Source: Selaginella moellendorffii (taxonomy: Eukaryota > Plantae > Lycopodiophyta). From it: 64,000 bases of DNA. The stretch lies in NCBI RefSeq assembly GCF_000143415.4, contig NW_003314287.1, positions 828,203 to 892,202 of the forward strand, given 5' to 3'. Shown in pieces: positions 40,671 through 52,632 of the stretch (position 1 is the first letter of the stretch; each line of letters opens with the position of its first letter). A model generated the notes under the pieces. It made no database searches and was not told the DNA's origin. It worked only from the letters and a program-made list of their open reading frames with translations. A program made the translations under genes and the position numbers.

Positions 40671-43600
40671 TATGAGACATAAAATCCCTAGGCCCCAAAG
40701 AGGAGCCGAAAGGGTGCCATGTGCTAGTGGCTGAGATGGAGTTCAAGATGGACTTGAGATAGACCCGAGATGAAGTCTGAGATGGAGTCCAAGATGGAGT
40801 CTGAGATGGACCCAAGATGGAGTCTGAAATGGACCTAAGATGGAGTCCGAGATGGAGTCCAAGATGGATCCGAGATGGAGTCCAAGATGGATCTAAGATG
40901 GAGTCCAAGATGGACTCGAAATTGAATTTGAGATGAAATTCAAGATGGATCCAAGAGGGAGTCTGAGATTGAGTCTAAGATGGAGTCCAAGATGGACCCG
41001 AGATGGAGTCCGAGATGGAATTTAGATGGATTCCAAGATGAAGTCCAAAATAGAACCGAGACCGAGACCAAGACTGAGATCGAGACCGAGACCGAGACCA
41101 AGACCGAGTCTAATTCCAAAACTGAGACCAAGATTGAGTTCAAGTCCAAGTCCGAGTTCGAGTCCAAGTCCAAATACTAATACAGGTTGTTGGGTGAAAG
41201 CCCAAAGTGATCATCCCCCGAGGCTAGTGTGGCTCAGGAAGGCTATACTCAAATGTTGAGTGATGAGATAATTATTGGGAAATCCAAGGCTAGAGTGAAT
41301 ACGAACCGACAAGCAGGGTTGCTTGGTGAAATGTTCAAAAGCCAGCTCTAGTTCCCCTGAAAGATCAAATGGTCGATACTCCCAATCCAAGCATGGATGA
41401 CACTACCTACTTAGATACCTACCGTGGCTCAACGGAACCTTGTTCTAGCCCCATGGCTATAGTACCCAAAGGCAGAAGGTGGGAAGAGTACCCATGAGAC
41501 CCACATAAGACTACGGTGTTCCAAAATAATTTCCTAGAGTCCCAGATGGTGGAAAGGAAGAGGAGCAATCCTTTGGTGTAGTGACCAAGGATGCAGTCAC
41601 ATAGTGAGGAAGTCTCAAAGAACAAGGGGACTTAGTGGTCAAGCTTGTGGGCCTTGATCCAATGGCAGTGTTGGCGAACACGGCCATGGATAGAAAGTGG
41701 GGACTGAAAAAGGGATATTGGGGAAGGTTATTCCCCATGTCTGCAGGCATCTTAAGGATGATAAGGAGTGGATTTGGGATGACCACTCATAGATAAATGG
41801 CCCAGTCTTTGAGAGATGGGACTGTGATGTAGGTGGTGTTGGATAACCAATGTGACAAAAGTGAATATGCATGGCCTTAGCATAATAGACTGATATGTCA
41901 GTGGTACCTTTGGGTGTCAGTCATGGGATTGGACACATGGAACACTTGAACCAAGTGCAAAGGTTGAATGGCATGGATGCCATTCAAGGGGCTAGCAAGC
42001 CCCAAGTCTTGAATTGGACTTATAGAAGTTGTGAATGAGACTTCTCCAAATGGTCGGAAGTGTAATTAAATGACTAAAGTAGAATGGAAAAATTAGCCAC
42101 TTACAATGTGGTATCAGAGTAGTTCTTTAATCTGACTCTTATTGGTGGTCAAGTATATCATCACTTGTCTTGGCATGAGAAGGTCCCAGAAGTGGGTTTA
42201 TCCTAAAGGAATAGCATGTTAAAAGGGTATGCTTCTTCACCTTTGTTTCTAAGTGAACCTATTAGCAATGTGATGGATAGAAAATAGGTCAATAAGGGAA
42301 CGACTTTGGATTTTAGGAACATTATAAAGTTTTCCTCATAGAGTTGAGGTTGTGATTCAGATGAGTGTTTGACTTAGCAAACTTGCTAATGTAGTTGTGG
42401 TAAACAATTATAGTTGGGATCATGGGAAAGATAAAGACTCCAAAAATAATAAAGGAATCATAAGATTATTCTCATATAATTGAGGCTAGTGTTCGTGAAT
42501 TTGAGACTGGAATTAATGACCATGAGAGGTCAAATACGGATGAGGACACAAGTCCTTGAATTGGTAGCCGAGGCTACCTTTTATAAATGTTAGAACCCAA
42601 CCCAAGGAGTTGGGGGTGTGCTTAGAGGATGAGTCGGTATTCTCATCATATAAACAGATAGTTCTAGGGGGCAAATATAGCCCACAGAAACGAAAAATAA
42701 TCAAGTGTTGGGGTAACACTTGCAAAGATATTTTTTATGAGTAGGATATGAATACAAAAAGTTGTATTCTAGTGAGTTGGCACATCAAAAGTAAAACATT
42801 ACGGATCATTAGATTAGTAAAGTCCAAAAAGTTAAATGATTCAAGTAGAGTCAAGGAATGGTCATAAGGGATTAGTAAAAGTATTTGGAGTGAGGTGTGT
42901 TATGCCCCACAAAGGATGGGGAGAATCATAAAATCCAAGTATGAAAATAGAGGGTATCTCATTAATGGTAGTATGTGTCATACTAAAGTCGGAGGAAAGA
43001 TGTTCCCAAAAGAAAACAACTTTGACACAAAGTTGTATGTAAACTCTATAATACAATGCTAATCGATAGTTGGTATGGGAAACAACTATATTGGTTGTAG
43101 CAAAGACCTAAATATAAGTAAAGTGTCATAAAGGTAGGCTCATAGAGCCAATGGTGTGGAGACACTAAATATGCCTGTGGTCAGTACCTTTTGGATTTGG
43201 CAAAGTGAAGCCTTTGCCATAAAACCCAAAGAATACTTCAAGGATATAAGTAGTGATCTTATGTTATTTGGTGTAATAATCAATGGATAGGAGCAAAAGG
43301 CTAGTGGCTAAGTTTAGGTCATGGAATTCATTGAAAGGAATCCAAATGGCAAAGTTAAGTGAGGAACACTAATGTATTAGATGTTAACAGATTGTGAGAA
43401 AAGAAGTATATTTTCAAATATGGATTCCCAAATGCTCTAATTTGGCAAAGATGAAAGCTCCAAAGGAGGAAGCAGCAAGGTAGCCAAATGATAAGGCAAT
43501 GGACAACCCTAGCACAACTTATGATAACTAGAATTTAGTGCCAAAGTTGGCACAAAATAAAAAAGAGGATGATGGTGCCCTTAAGTAAAGAACTTGATAG

Positions 43601-44710
43601 AAATATGGAATTTGCACAATATATGCAATAAAAAGTGTTAAAGATACCCAGGAAATTGACTTCAAGAAGTCAATATTAAAAGTTCTAAAGTGGAATGATT
43701 ATATCGATAGAAATTGAGATTACTCGAGAATGAGTAGTGGGATTGAGATAGAAAAGGTGTTTCCAACAATTTTAGCAAGAATTAAACTAATAAAAGGGAG
43801 AAAACCACCACAAATGGTCGAATGAGTCTCTATGTTAGAAGGACTATACTGTAAGCTCCTGAGTTTGGACTTCCCGGGAGGTCACCCAGCCCAGTACTAT
43901 TCAAACCCAAGGACGCTTAACCCCAAATATCCCAAGACCCTTAACCGATTGGAAAAGGGGGTGCACTCTTGTTCATGGGCCCTTTCCCTCTATATTTGAA
44001 CCCAATGGATCGTCTCTCAAGTCGTTCCCTTTGGTTGCTTACAATCCACCACGCTTCCCTGCAAGTTCACGCCCTCGTGAATGGAAGCTGAGAGCCGCAG
44101 CTCTCCCGAGAGCCCCGCTCTCTTGACACCCTACCCCTCGGGTCGAGCCCAGTGGGAGCAAACTGGACCAGCCAGATGTCAATCAACATGTGGTGCGATT
44201 CCCTTAGCCAACCAATAGAGTCGGACCCGAGACCGCTCTGATACCAAATGTAAGCTCCTGAGTTTGGACTTCCCGGGAGGTCACCCAGCCCAGTACTATT
44301 CAAACCCAAGGACGCTTAACCCCAAATATCCCAAGACCCTTAACCGATTGGAAAAGGGGGTGCACTCTTGTTCATGGGCCCTTTCCCTCTATATTTGAAC
44401 CCAATGGATCGTCTCTCAAGTCGTTCCCTTTGGTTGCTTACATATACTCCTTAGAGGATGAATAAGGCATGGTGAGCCTTCGGTGTCAAACCATTAACAA
44501 ATATTTGTTAGGTGCTAAAGATGAAAAGGGTAATACATGTTGGTAGAAAGGCTAGTTTAGCACAAAAAGCCTGTACCCAGATGTTGGGTGATGCAATAAC
44601 CATTGGGAAGTCCAAGGCTAAAGTGAATACGAACCAACAAGCAAAATATCTTGGTAAAATATTCAAGAGCTAACTTTAGTTCCCTTGGGAGATCGAATGG
44701 TCTATACCCC
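40671..44710 (+). mobile_element. Decayed family-B LTR element: LTR 40671-42105, PBS 42109-42119, internal remnant, partial LTR cut off at about 44710
   Basis: LTR is homologous to 19698-21292 (reverse complement). TGGTATCAGAG follows ...CTTACA. GAGTCC/GAGATG tandem repeats lie in the LTR. Confidence 0.75.
43850..44442 (-). mobile_element. Complete Cassandra TRIM (593 bp) with two identical 194-bp LTRs containing 5S rRNA-derived A/C boxes; TSD TATAC
   Basis: LTRs 43850-44043 and 44249-44442 are identical by eye. Minus strand reads GTTAAGCGTCCTTGGG...TAGTACTGGGCTGGGTGACCTCCCGGGAAGTCC, like the 5S internal promoter. PBS TGGTATCAGAGC is present. Confidence 0.93.
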
Positions 44711-46843
44711 GGCGATGGTCCAAAGTTGAGTTGAGCTCATGAGTTGAGCTCAATTCAACACAAGTCAACTCAAGTCAACATAGTCAATAAGAAATATTAC
44801 AAAGGAGATCTAAATTGAACAAATGAAAGTTCTAGCAAACTTTAAAATATTAAAATACATAAATATCTATGTTAAAAGTTTCTATAAGATTGAATTGTTT
44901 AAAAAAGACAAAGTTCATGAGAACCTATCTTTTATAAAACTATATTATTTTATTATGACAACTGTTACAGCTGTCATATTTGATTTGACTACTTAAAGAT
45001 GGGAAGCAAGGAAAATACAAGATTCGTGAATAAGACTTATAGTGCAAAGGAATGTGAGAATGTTAATTTTGTTTCACTACCACAATCTTCATATTACACT
45101 CCTGGTCCTTATTACCCATTTGGGAATATGGAGATCACTATTACGATTGATAAAAATGCTCCTGTTACTTCTAAAACAACAGTCCAGAGCAAGAGAAATG
45201 AAGAATGAATAACACAGCGGAAAGCACCAAGAAATCTACTCCATAAAACTTTCCATGACATTTGTAATTTACATATTAATTCATATTAAAAACTCTATTG
45301 CTTGCCTATATCGCAATCCTCTCATATGATAAGACCAAGGTATATTTTGCAGTGAATCCTCATTAAAAGTTTTTGGAAATTGTTATTAAATAATGATAAA
45401 AGAAATCAAAATCTTTCGAAAAAATCAAAAGTAATATCACATCAAAGAATCAACTTTATATACATTTCCAAGACTAAAAGGCAATCTCACATGAGAGAAT
45501 GGTAGCGTGCCAACGTGCTCTACCACTATAATGTGGTCTATATTTCCTTGCAATTTATTTCCCTAGACATTTGGCATGTGTAGAAAAGAATATGTGTAGC
45601 AAAGTAGGATTCATCATAATGATAAAGCATGTGTATACACGATAATCTAAAATTCTAGAAGCTCTTATGTTTACAAGAAAGCTATGATTATGAAGCCCCA
45701 TTTCCAAGACTGACATTTAAAGAATCTGAGTATTGTCAGTGTCATAATAAATAAACCTCATTCCCAAGACTAAAACTTAGTATATAAACTATTTAGAAAA
45801 GTTATAGTCATTGTAGGTTTTTTGTTCTCCTTGAGCTCCTTAGAAGTTTATATTGAAATGGCTCAAAGGAGACCCATTGCTAATCGTACTTGGCCCCTCA
45901 GCATTTCATATCAATTTCCACCTCCATCCCCAAATTCTACCAACATTCCATCTTCAGCTCCACATAACAATCCTTTTTTTGCTGAGGGCTCTAGTGAAGC
46001 TGAATTAGAGCTCCCTATATATGAAATTCCGGATCTTGCTACTAGAGAGGGATTGCCTCCAGCGCTTCAAGAGCAATGCCACATGTTTTTGCAAGATCTT
46101 GCTCCTGACATGGCAGGACTACTTGAAAGCACAAAACGCTATTACATTCGGTGTAAGCTCTATTTCGTTAAAGTGGGATTTATTCAGTAAAATGGGACTA
46201 GGTACAAATTTTCAAGTATTTGAAAATGACGTGAAATTATATGTTTTTTGTCCAGGGGCTAGACATATCTGGGGCATGGTGACTAGCGCGGTGACTTTGT
46301 GTCCAGACTGAGTCCATCTGGTTGTATAAAAAATCTCATTGTCAAGGTGAACAAGCCGAATCTGAAGCTAAAGAAGAGCGATGGCATGCGCGCACACACT
46401 ATTTGTTTGTTCATTGAGCGTGTGGTGAGCTTTCCAAGATGAACGTCATTCCTATTAGCCAGACATATAACTTAATGGTGAGAACATTTAGATATTATTC
46501 AATGTTATCTTTTTCTAACGAATCTAATTGTGAAGGTGTAGCAAGAGGCATTGCTAGTCTGGAGAAGTCATTTAACTCATTTGACCCTTAGTGTATTTTC
46601 ATGAAACTAAATAACATTCATATTATTAAGGAATTTCTCTAGTACCTTTTTTTTACGACATAGAGGCTTGCATTTCTTTCAAAGGTGATTTAGTAAAAGG
46701 CCTGAGGGCACATGCCATTCTATTTCTCAGACCGGTATTAAGATATACTAGTGCAAAGGGCCACATGCCATCACGCCTCCTCTGATTCAGATTCGGATTG
46801 TTCACCTTGAAATAAAATACATTAGAAACTTAGTAAAGGAATA

Positions 46844-49729
46844 TTAATGAATCTCACCTTGAACCCGGGTTATGAATGCTCTTGCTGCATCTCTTGCATG
46901 GTCTGGCAAGGTGATGGTGGCACTCTGCTTCCGCATCCAACCATGCACAACATTATCCACCGATATGCTCATGCTGGGATCCCTTGGATTCAGCACCCAT
47001 CTCTTTTCTAGGCAATCCTTCGTATATCCGGAACTTGGCTTGAACCACTCCACAGTTACATTGAAGGAGTTAGTTTCTGCGTCCTCCTCTGCATCAGTGA
47101 TGCAGCGCCCCACCCATATCATTTGTTTTTTATTACTGGGTCTGACAAGCACGACCATTCCTTTGCAGACCTGTACTGGATTGAATGCTGAATCCGGCTT
47201 CTTGTTCCTCGGCCCACAATAGTGATCCTCAACATCGTTATCTGTCACTGCATTTCCAGAGGACATTGTTCCGCTACTATCTGGTGCTCTGGGTTCTGGC
47301 CAAAAGGACTCTTCCAATTCTTCATATACAACCGGCCCATTTTGGATAGCAGATATAATCTTCTCCCAGTATTCGAGCAAAGGCTTGCACCTCTTAAAAT
47401 AGGATTCTCCACCAAACACCAACCCCCTCTTCCAGAAGGCAATATGCTGTCTAATCCCGGCCACTATACTTTCCTGGTCTTTGAGTCCATCCGGGTGCAT
47501 CGGCCGTGGGGAACCCTGAGGAATCATAGGTTCCCCAGTTATGGGATCTCTCTTGAAGAGTTCAATGCCGTCCACTGGCAGCCACACTGTGTCCCATTCT
47601 CTCATCTTGTACCTCATCACTGGAGCACCGTCACGCATGCTGAAATGAAACTGAAGAGGCTTGGAGTGGCCAATCAGCGTTTCGGATCCGTCCCTGATGT
47701 AGCCTCTTACAAACCCCTTAAAGTCTGGAACCTCTGTCACAAGTGCAGCTTCAACAGTGCCTTTGATGCAATTTTGGAATTCATCGTAGAGTTGTGGGAG
47801 GGTGAGGACATTGGATCGCCGGAGGGACTCTGCCAGGTGACTGAACATGGCATCGACGTCTTCATGAGTGTGCCCAACCATGAGAAAGCCAAGTGTAACC
47901 ATTTCAAATATGCCTTTGGCAACAAGCATCGCCAAGTACGCGAAGACGTACATGTTTTTGTTCTCACTGCCAGCATTGTCTGTTTGGAGCAGAAGATGGG
48001 GTGGAAGGCCACATCGGCCGCAAGAACTTCCTTGAGATTCTGCTTCGTTTGGATGAGGCTGTGCATTCACCGGGCGACCAGCCTCGTCGTAATGGCATGA
48101 GGCCTCACGTGATAACCCTACAATCTGACGGCCAACATATTCACTGGGATGGTATGGGGCCCCACGCGATACTGCAAGCCTTTGCTCCTCCTCCAGCTGA
48201 ACCCTGTATGGGGTTCGATCGACAAGGGCCTTATGCAAGGGTTGGCCGTTCAGCTCAGTCTGCGCACTTTGCAGAGACCTTAAGTGTTTTGCTAAGGACG
48301 CAATCATCATGTTTGCACCCCCGCCACCCCATAGAGGTACAAAGAAGTTCCCATAGTTCTGGGCACCATGCCCATGAGCGATTATGCCAAACAGAGACAC
48401 AGGCAGCTGCATGGATGAAGAGATTGCCTTGGGGGCAGGATTGAGTCGAGGTAAGCACGTCTTTTTCTGATCCATTTTGTCGTGGATGATGCAGAGGTAA
48501 GAGTCAGGTCTCTCCATGGAGAGAATCCTGTTATGATAATATGCAGTCCTGCAGCTTCTCTGCTCGATGTTGTGGTCGAGCCGCCTTCTAACCAACGTCT
48601 CTCGCTCTTGAGCGCTGCAAGAATTCTTCGACAAAGCCATTTTGATAGCAGTGCACTCGTCACACTTTGAAAAGCTGGAGTACTTTCCTATACTCACATC
48701 CCTGAACCTGTTGCTCCACAATCTACTAAATCTAGATTGGCTCAGCTTCCTGTAGCCATTACTCTGGAGTTCCTGATTCACATCTTCCAATATGGCCCCC
48801 TTGGTATACATGGAAGGGAGAACTCGTTGGGTGTCTCGTGTTCCATCTTCCAAGAGGCGGGTTTTATGTGGTTGCTGCTCGCTACATGTCTCGACAAACC
48901 TCTTGAAGATTGCCTCTCCATATACAACATGACCCCTGGTTTTGTGCGTACCGTCGTTCCCATGGACTGCCTGTTGAACCCTTTGTTCCTCGAACTCAGT
49001 TTTGATTCTGTAGAATGTGGTTCGAGGGACTCCATAAATGATTCTCCATGCCTTCATGCAGACCAAACCCCTCTGGAAGACCATGCCCCCCACCTGATGT
49101 TCTAAAGCATCAACAGATGACCGTAATGCCTCATACACAAAATTGCGAGCTGCCTTCCAGGACAATGTCTTGTATCTTGCTCTCTCCTCTTCAATAGCAT
49201 CCCAATCAGCATGTTGACAGCACCTCCTCTTGCAACAAGCAACTGTCGAGACCATTCGAACCTCCATCGCCATTTTCTGCCTTTTCGGTTCGTTGCTCAG
49301 ATCCCTTTGGCTGCGCTGTAGGAAGGTGTACTTTCTTTTCCCATGAAGAGATGTTCTGTCATCAGTTGTAGTGGTGTTTGATTGTGAATCCTTCACATTC
49401 TCAAACACTAAATGCCTCAATTTCCACCGCACAATGCTTCCAATAGTCAGACTGTTTTCTTCTGTGTCAACAACCTCTAAAATTGCAACTCCAATATCAT
49501 CCCAGCCCAATTCTTGATTAGCAACTGCATCTCGTGGATCGACAACTATGGCTAAGCCCTCAGCTACCACCTCCCCCTCGGGGTTGTATAGAAACACCTT
49601 CGCCTGAATCCATGTAACACGGTTCATAAGATCCACGGAGGGAACATGCGTCGCACGTGCGCTGTCCCCAACATCTGCTTTCTTCGGAAGATTTTTCAAG
49701 GCAACAACAACATTTACCCCGACGACCAT
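46844..49729 (-). CDS. Sola-like DDD transposase, uninterrupted 961-codon ORF (true start may be downstream)
   Basis: Cys motifs CCKRRC and FSKCDEC. Acidic triad candidates HDKMDQKK, LQTDNAGSENKN and FLMVGHTHEDVDAMFS. Lies between TIRs with a 4-bp TSD. Confidence 0.85.
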   Translation of the reverse strand: MVVGVNVVVALKNLPKKADVGDSARATHVPSVDLMNRVTWIQAKVFLYNPEGEVVAEGLAIVVDPRDAVANQELGWDDIGVAILEVVDTEENSLTIGSIVRWKLRHLVFENVKDSQSNTTTTDDRTSLHGKRKYTFLQRSQRDLSNEPKRQKMAMEVRMVSTVACCKRRCCQHADWDAIEEERARYKTLSWKAARNFVYEALRSSVDALEHQVGGMVFQRGLVCMKAWRIIYGVPRTTFYRIKTEFEEQRVQQAVHGNDGTHKTRGHVVYGEAIFKRFVETCSEQQPHKTRLLEDGTRDTQRVLPSMYTKGAILEDVNQELQSNGYRKLSQSRFSRLWSNRFRDVSIGKYSSFSKCDECTAIKMALSKNSCSAQERETLVRRRLDHNIEQRSCRTAYYHNRILSMERPDSYLCIIHDKMDQKKTCLPRLNPAPKAISSSMQLPVSLFGIIAHGHGAQNYGNFFVPLWGGGGANMMIASLAKHLRSLQSAQTELNGQPLHKALVDRTPYRVQLEEEQRLAVSRGAPYHPSEYVGRQIVGLSREASCHYDEAGRPVNAQPHPNEAESQGSSCGRCGLPPHLLLQTDNAGSENKNMYVFAYLAMLVAKGIFEMVTLGFLMVGHTHEDVDAMFSHLAESLRRSNVLTLPQLYDEFQNCIKGTVEAALVTEVPDFKGFVRGYIRDGSETLIGHSKPLQFHFSMRDGAPVMRYKMREWDTVWLPVDGIELFKRDPITGEPMIPQGSPRPMHPDGLKDQESIVAGIRQHIAFWKRGLVFGGESYFKRCKPLLEYWEKIISAIQNGPVVYEELEESFWPEPRAPDSSGTMSSGNAVTDNDVEDHYCGPRNKKPDSAFNPVQVCKGMVVLVRPSNKKQMIWVGRCITDAEEDAETNSFNVTVEWFKPSSGYTKDCLEKRWVLNPRDPSMSISVDNVVHGWMRKQSATITLPDHARDAARAFITRVQGEIH

Positions 49730-50220
49730 CTCTCCTCATTCAATAGCGACTACATTCCCATCGAAGACAGTCTCTACTGATACAGCAGCATTGCCTTCCC
49801 CAGGCCTTTGACAGTGTATAACAAAGTTCCGATCCATATACACACAGGGTCCCCTTTTGCAACTCTCTTCCCACCATTCTCAATGTGACCCTTTTCCCCA
49901 AACCCTGTAGGCCATTATCTGTAAATGCTCATTAGAACTTAAGACCATACACAAAATGATTGGAGAATGGCCTAAATCATAACATACCAAACAACCTCAA
50001 TAGCATGGGGTGGGAGGCCTCATGCCATCTTGATATACACACAGCTGCAGGCAAGTAAAAACATACATGACAATACGCTAGCCATGAAATTGCAAGGGCC
50101 CAAGATGGCATGTGGCCTCATGCCATTTCTAAATGTGGTCCTAAACCATTCCATGGTGAACATACCAGGAAGCACAAGTGCCGAATATCAAGAGGAAGCG
50201 GTAGCCACACCAAAGACAGT

Positions 50221-50340
50221 GCCGCTCGCAACACCGCAACTACTCGTAGCGCCGCTCGCAACACCGCAACTGCTCGTAGCGCCGCTCGCACAAACTGCCA
50301 CTCGCATAAACTGCCGCTCGCAATGCCGCAACCGCTTGTA
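50221..50340. repeat. Short tandem repeat (30-bp unit GCCGCTCGCAACACCGCAACTRCTCGTAGC and decayed copies)
   Basis: Direct inspection. Confidence 0.8.
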
Positions 50341-51137
50341 GACGCATAAACCACAGCTCACAACGCCGCTTACACAAGCAGCGCTCACTGCGGTCAGCGG
50401 AACCAAGAACACGGCGCACAAAAATGATAGACCTAGGAATGAGTTCGAGAATTCAAAAATAACACACGCTTGAACGTCACATCAAATCCTCTGACAAACC
50501 AGATCTTATGATTCCTCTGACAAATTTCAAACTGAGTAGCTTCTAGACTTTGCTGTCGGAGGTTGAACTTTGTCACATCATGTCCTTGCCTCGATCCAGC
50601 TGTGCCATGTCAGTGATTCGAACTTTGCCATGCCATGTCAGCGATCCGCACCAAGATTATTCGCCGTGTAAAGGAATAATTATGCTGTGTGTGTACGTTC
50701 ATTTATGGCAATATAAGGCCACACGCCATTCAAAGAATAATGCTAGTCGAGCATTTTTTGGTGCATTTTTGGGTTCAAAATTGCATGAGCCCACACACTA
50801 TAAAGTTTACCTGTACCAAAAATAGAAACAACTTTATTTACTTGGGAATTTAAGTGGTTGAGGCATTTTTAAACTTACAAACACATGCCCTATTTACATT
50901 CTTTTGGTTGCTTAAAATTCAAAAATATTATAAACCTTTCTTTTTGCATTTTCAATGTTTTCAATTATGGTTTTTGATTTTCGCAGGACCAGCCTAGTAA
51001 TCTATTTGCATCCCGTCATGTTTATAGCTAGCTTTCGTTTGTCCCCTTCGCTAGCCTGAGATACATCTGCTCGGCATCTGCCTCTTACAGCATTTGCCCA
51101 GAGAGGGCATCTTTCTTCACGCAGCATTTGGCACATG

Positions 51138-51169
51138 TTTAGGGTTAGGGTTTAGGGTTTAGGGTTTAG
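51138..51169 (+). repeat. Interstitial plant telomeric repeats (TTTAGGG/TTAGGG), telo-box-like
   Basis: TTTAGGGTTAGGGTTTAGGGTTTAGGGTTTAG. Confidence 0.85.
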
Positions 51170-52632
51170 CAATTCAGTAGCTTGATAAACATGCAAATAC
51201 AGAACTTGATGCAAAATCCTTGGATATGTCACAATGCCCCTAGGACCATAAACACATTTCAATAGAGAGGGTCCTTTCATTTCATAACTCCTTACGTAGA
51301 TCTTGGTGAAACCAGAGTTAGTGAAGTTGGTTTCTTGTGATCCCGCATCTGATTGTGATGTCCCTTTGCAGTGTCGATGGAAAGGTCAATGCACACCAAA
51401 CTGTAGAATCTTGGAGCAAAATAACGGTCGGATCTATGGCAAATGCCCCTGAAACATTGTAAGGCTCGTGTGGTCTCATGTGGTGTCCGATCGAGATGCT
51501 TCTTTGCAGGGTCATCAAGAAGGACATTGTATACCATTCTGTAAAATCTAGTTGCGATCTAACGGTTGGATCTCCAGGAAACTCAAAACAATCTCGCGCG
51601 TGTTAGAATATTCTAGGAATATACTCCTATGTGCTCCTGAAAATGGCATGCGGCCCCACGCCATTCAAGAGATAACGCCAGATGATGCCGAGCATTTTTT
51701 GGTGCATTTTTTGGGATCAAAATTGCATGAGCCCACATGCTTGAACGTCACATCAAATCCTCTGACAATTTATTTAGCTGAACATCTGGCATTTTTGGAA
51801 ATACAAGATGCTTTGGAATATCCAATCATGCATGGTATAAATATAGCGAGGGTATTAAATGATATCCCAATCATGATCTTTCTTTTGGATTTCGCGTGCA
51901 TGCAGTCCGAGGAATGATGACGTTGCGGATTTCTTTTGGATTTCACGCATGCGCGCGCCGATCCAGAAATTAATGGTGGCGCCCAAGTCCGAGAAATGAT
52001 GACGTGGCGGGATTACCAACCGTCGTGACATTTCGCGCGTGTGAGGTTAGGTTTTGCATTTTGCTTCGTACTCGCGCTCGCACACTCGCGCTCGCATCGC
52101 GCTCCCACTCGCGCTCCCACTTCTCTACAGGTTTCTCGTGTGCATCGGCATCCACTCGCGCTTGCATCACACTCGCGCTCGCATCGCGCTCGTGTGCATC
52201 GGCGTCCACTTCAAGACACACCCAGTTTGTAACTTCGCCGCCAACTCCGCCGCCCACTCCGCCACCCACACGCAGCCCACTTGGCGTCCCGGGAGATTTC
52301 AGCGCCACTCTCCAACTGTAAGTGGCAGAGTAGCCTTCCTGCTACGATCCGCTGCACACACAGTGCACATTCGCCAGCGAGTCCGGTTGTCACGCCTCCA
52401 TTCGGCTTCAAATGGTAAGTCTTTTAGGCCAAGTAGAAAATGGCATGAGGCCACATGCCATTCAGTAGCAACATTGGCATGCACCGATTGGGCTCTCGAG
52501 TGCAGTCCGGTTACAGATGGCGTGTAGCCTCACGCCATCTTAGGATGCAGCCTCAAGACATCTGATGCAGTGGTGAATGGCGTGTGGCCTCACGTTATTT
52601 CCAGCTACTAGCTTTTCATCTGTCAGCTCTAA

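Noticed and set aside
43860-43925. 5S rRNA gene
   Set aside because: Only the A/C-box portion is present and it lies within Cassandra LTRs.
44999-45208. 69-aa ORF
   Set aside because: No recognisable motif; cannot be supported as a gene.
51138-51169. Chromosome end or telomere fusion
   Set aside because: Only about 4 units, internal to a TIR-bounded element.
52440-52600. CRISPR-like array of palindromic repeats
   Set aside because: Copies are degenerate, irregularly spaced and dispersed in a eukaryotic TE, with no cas genes.
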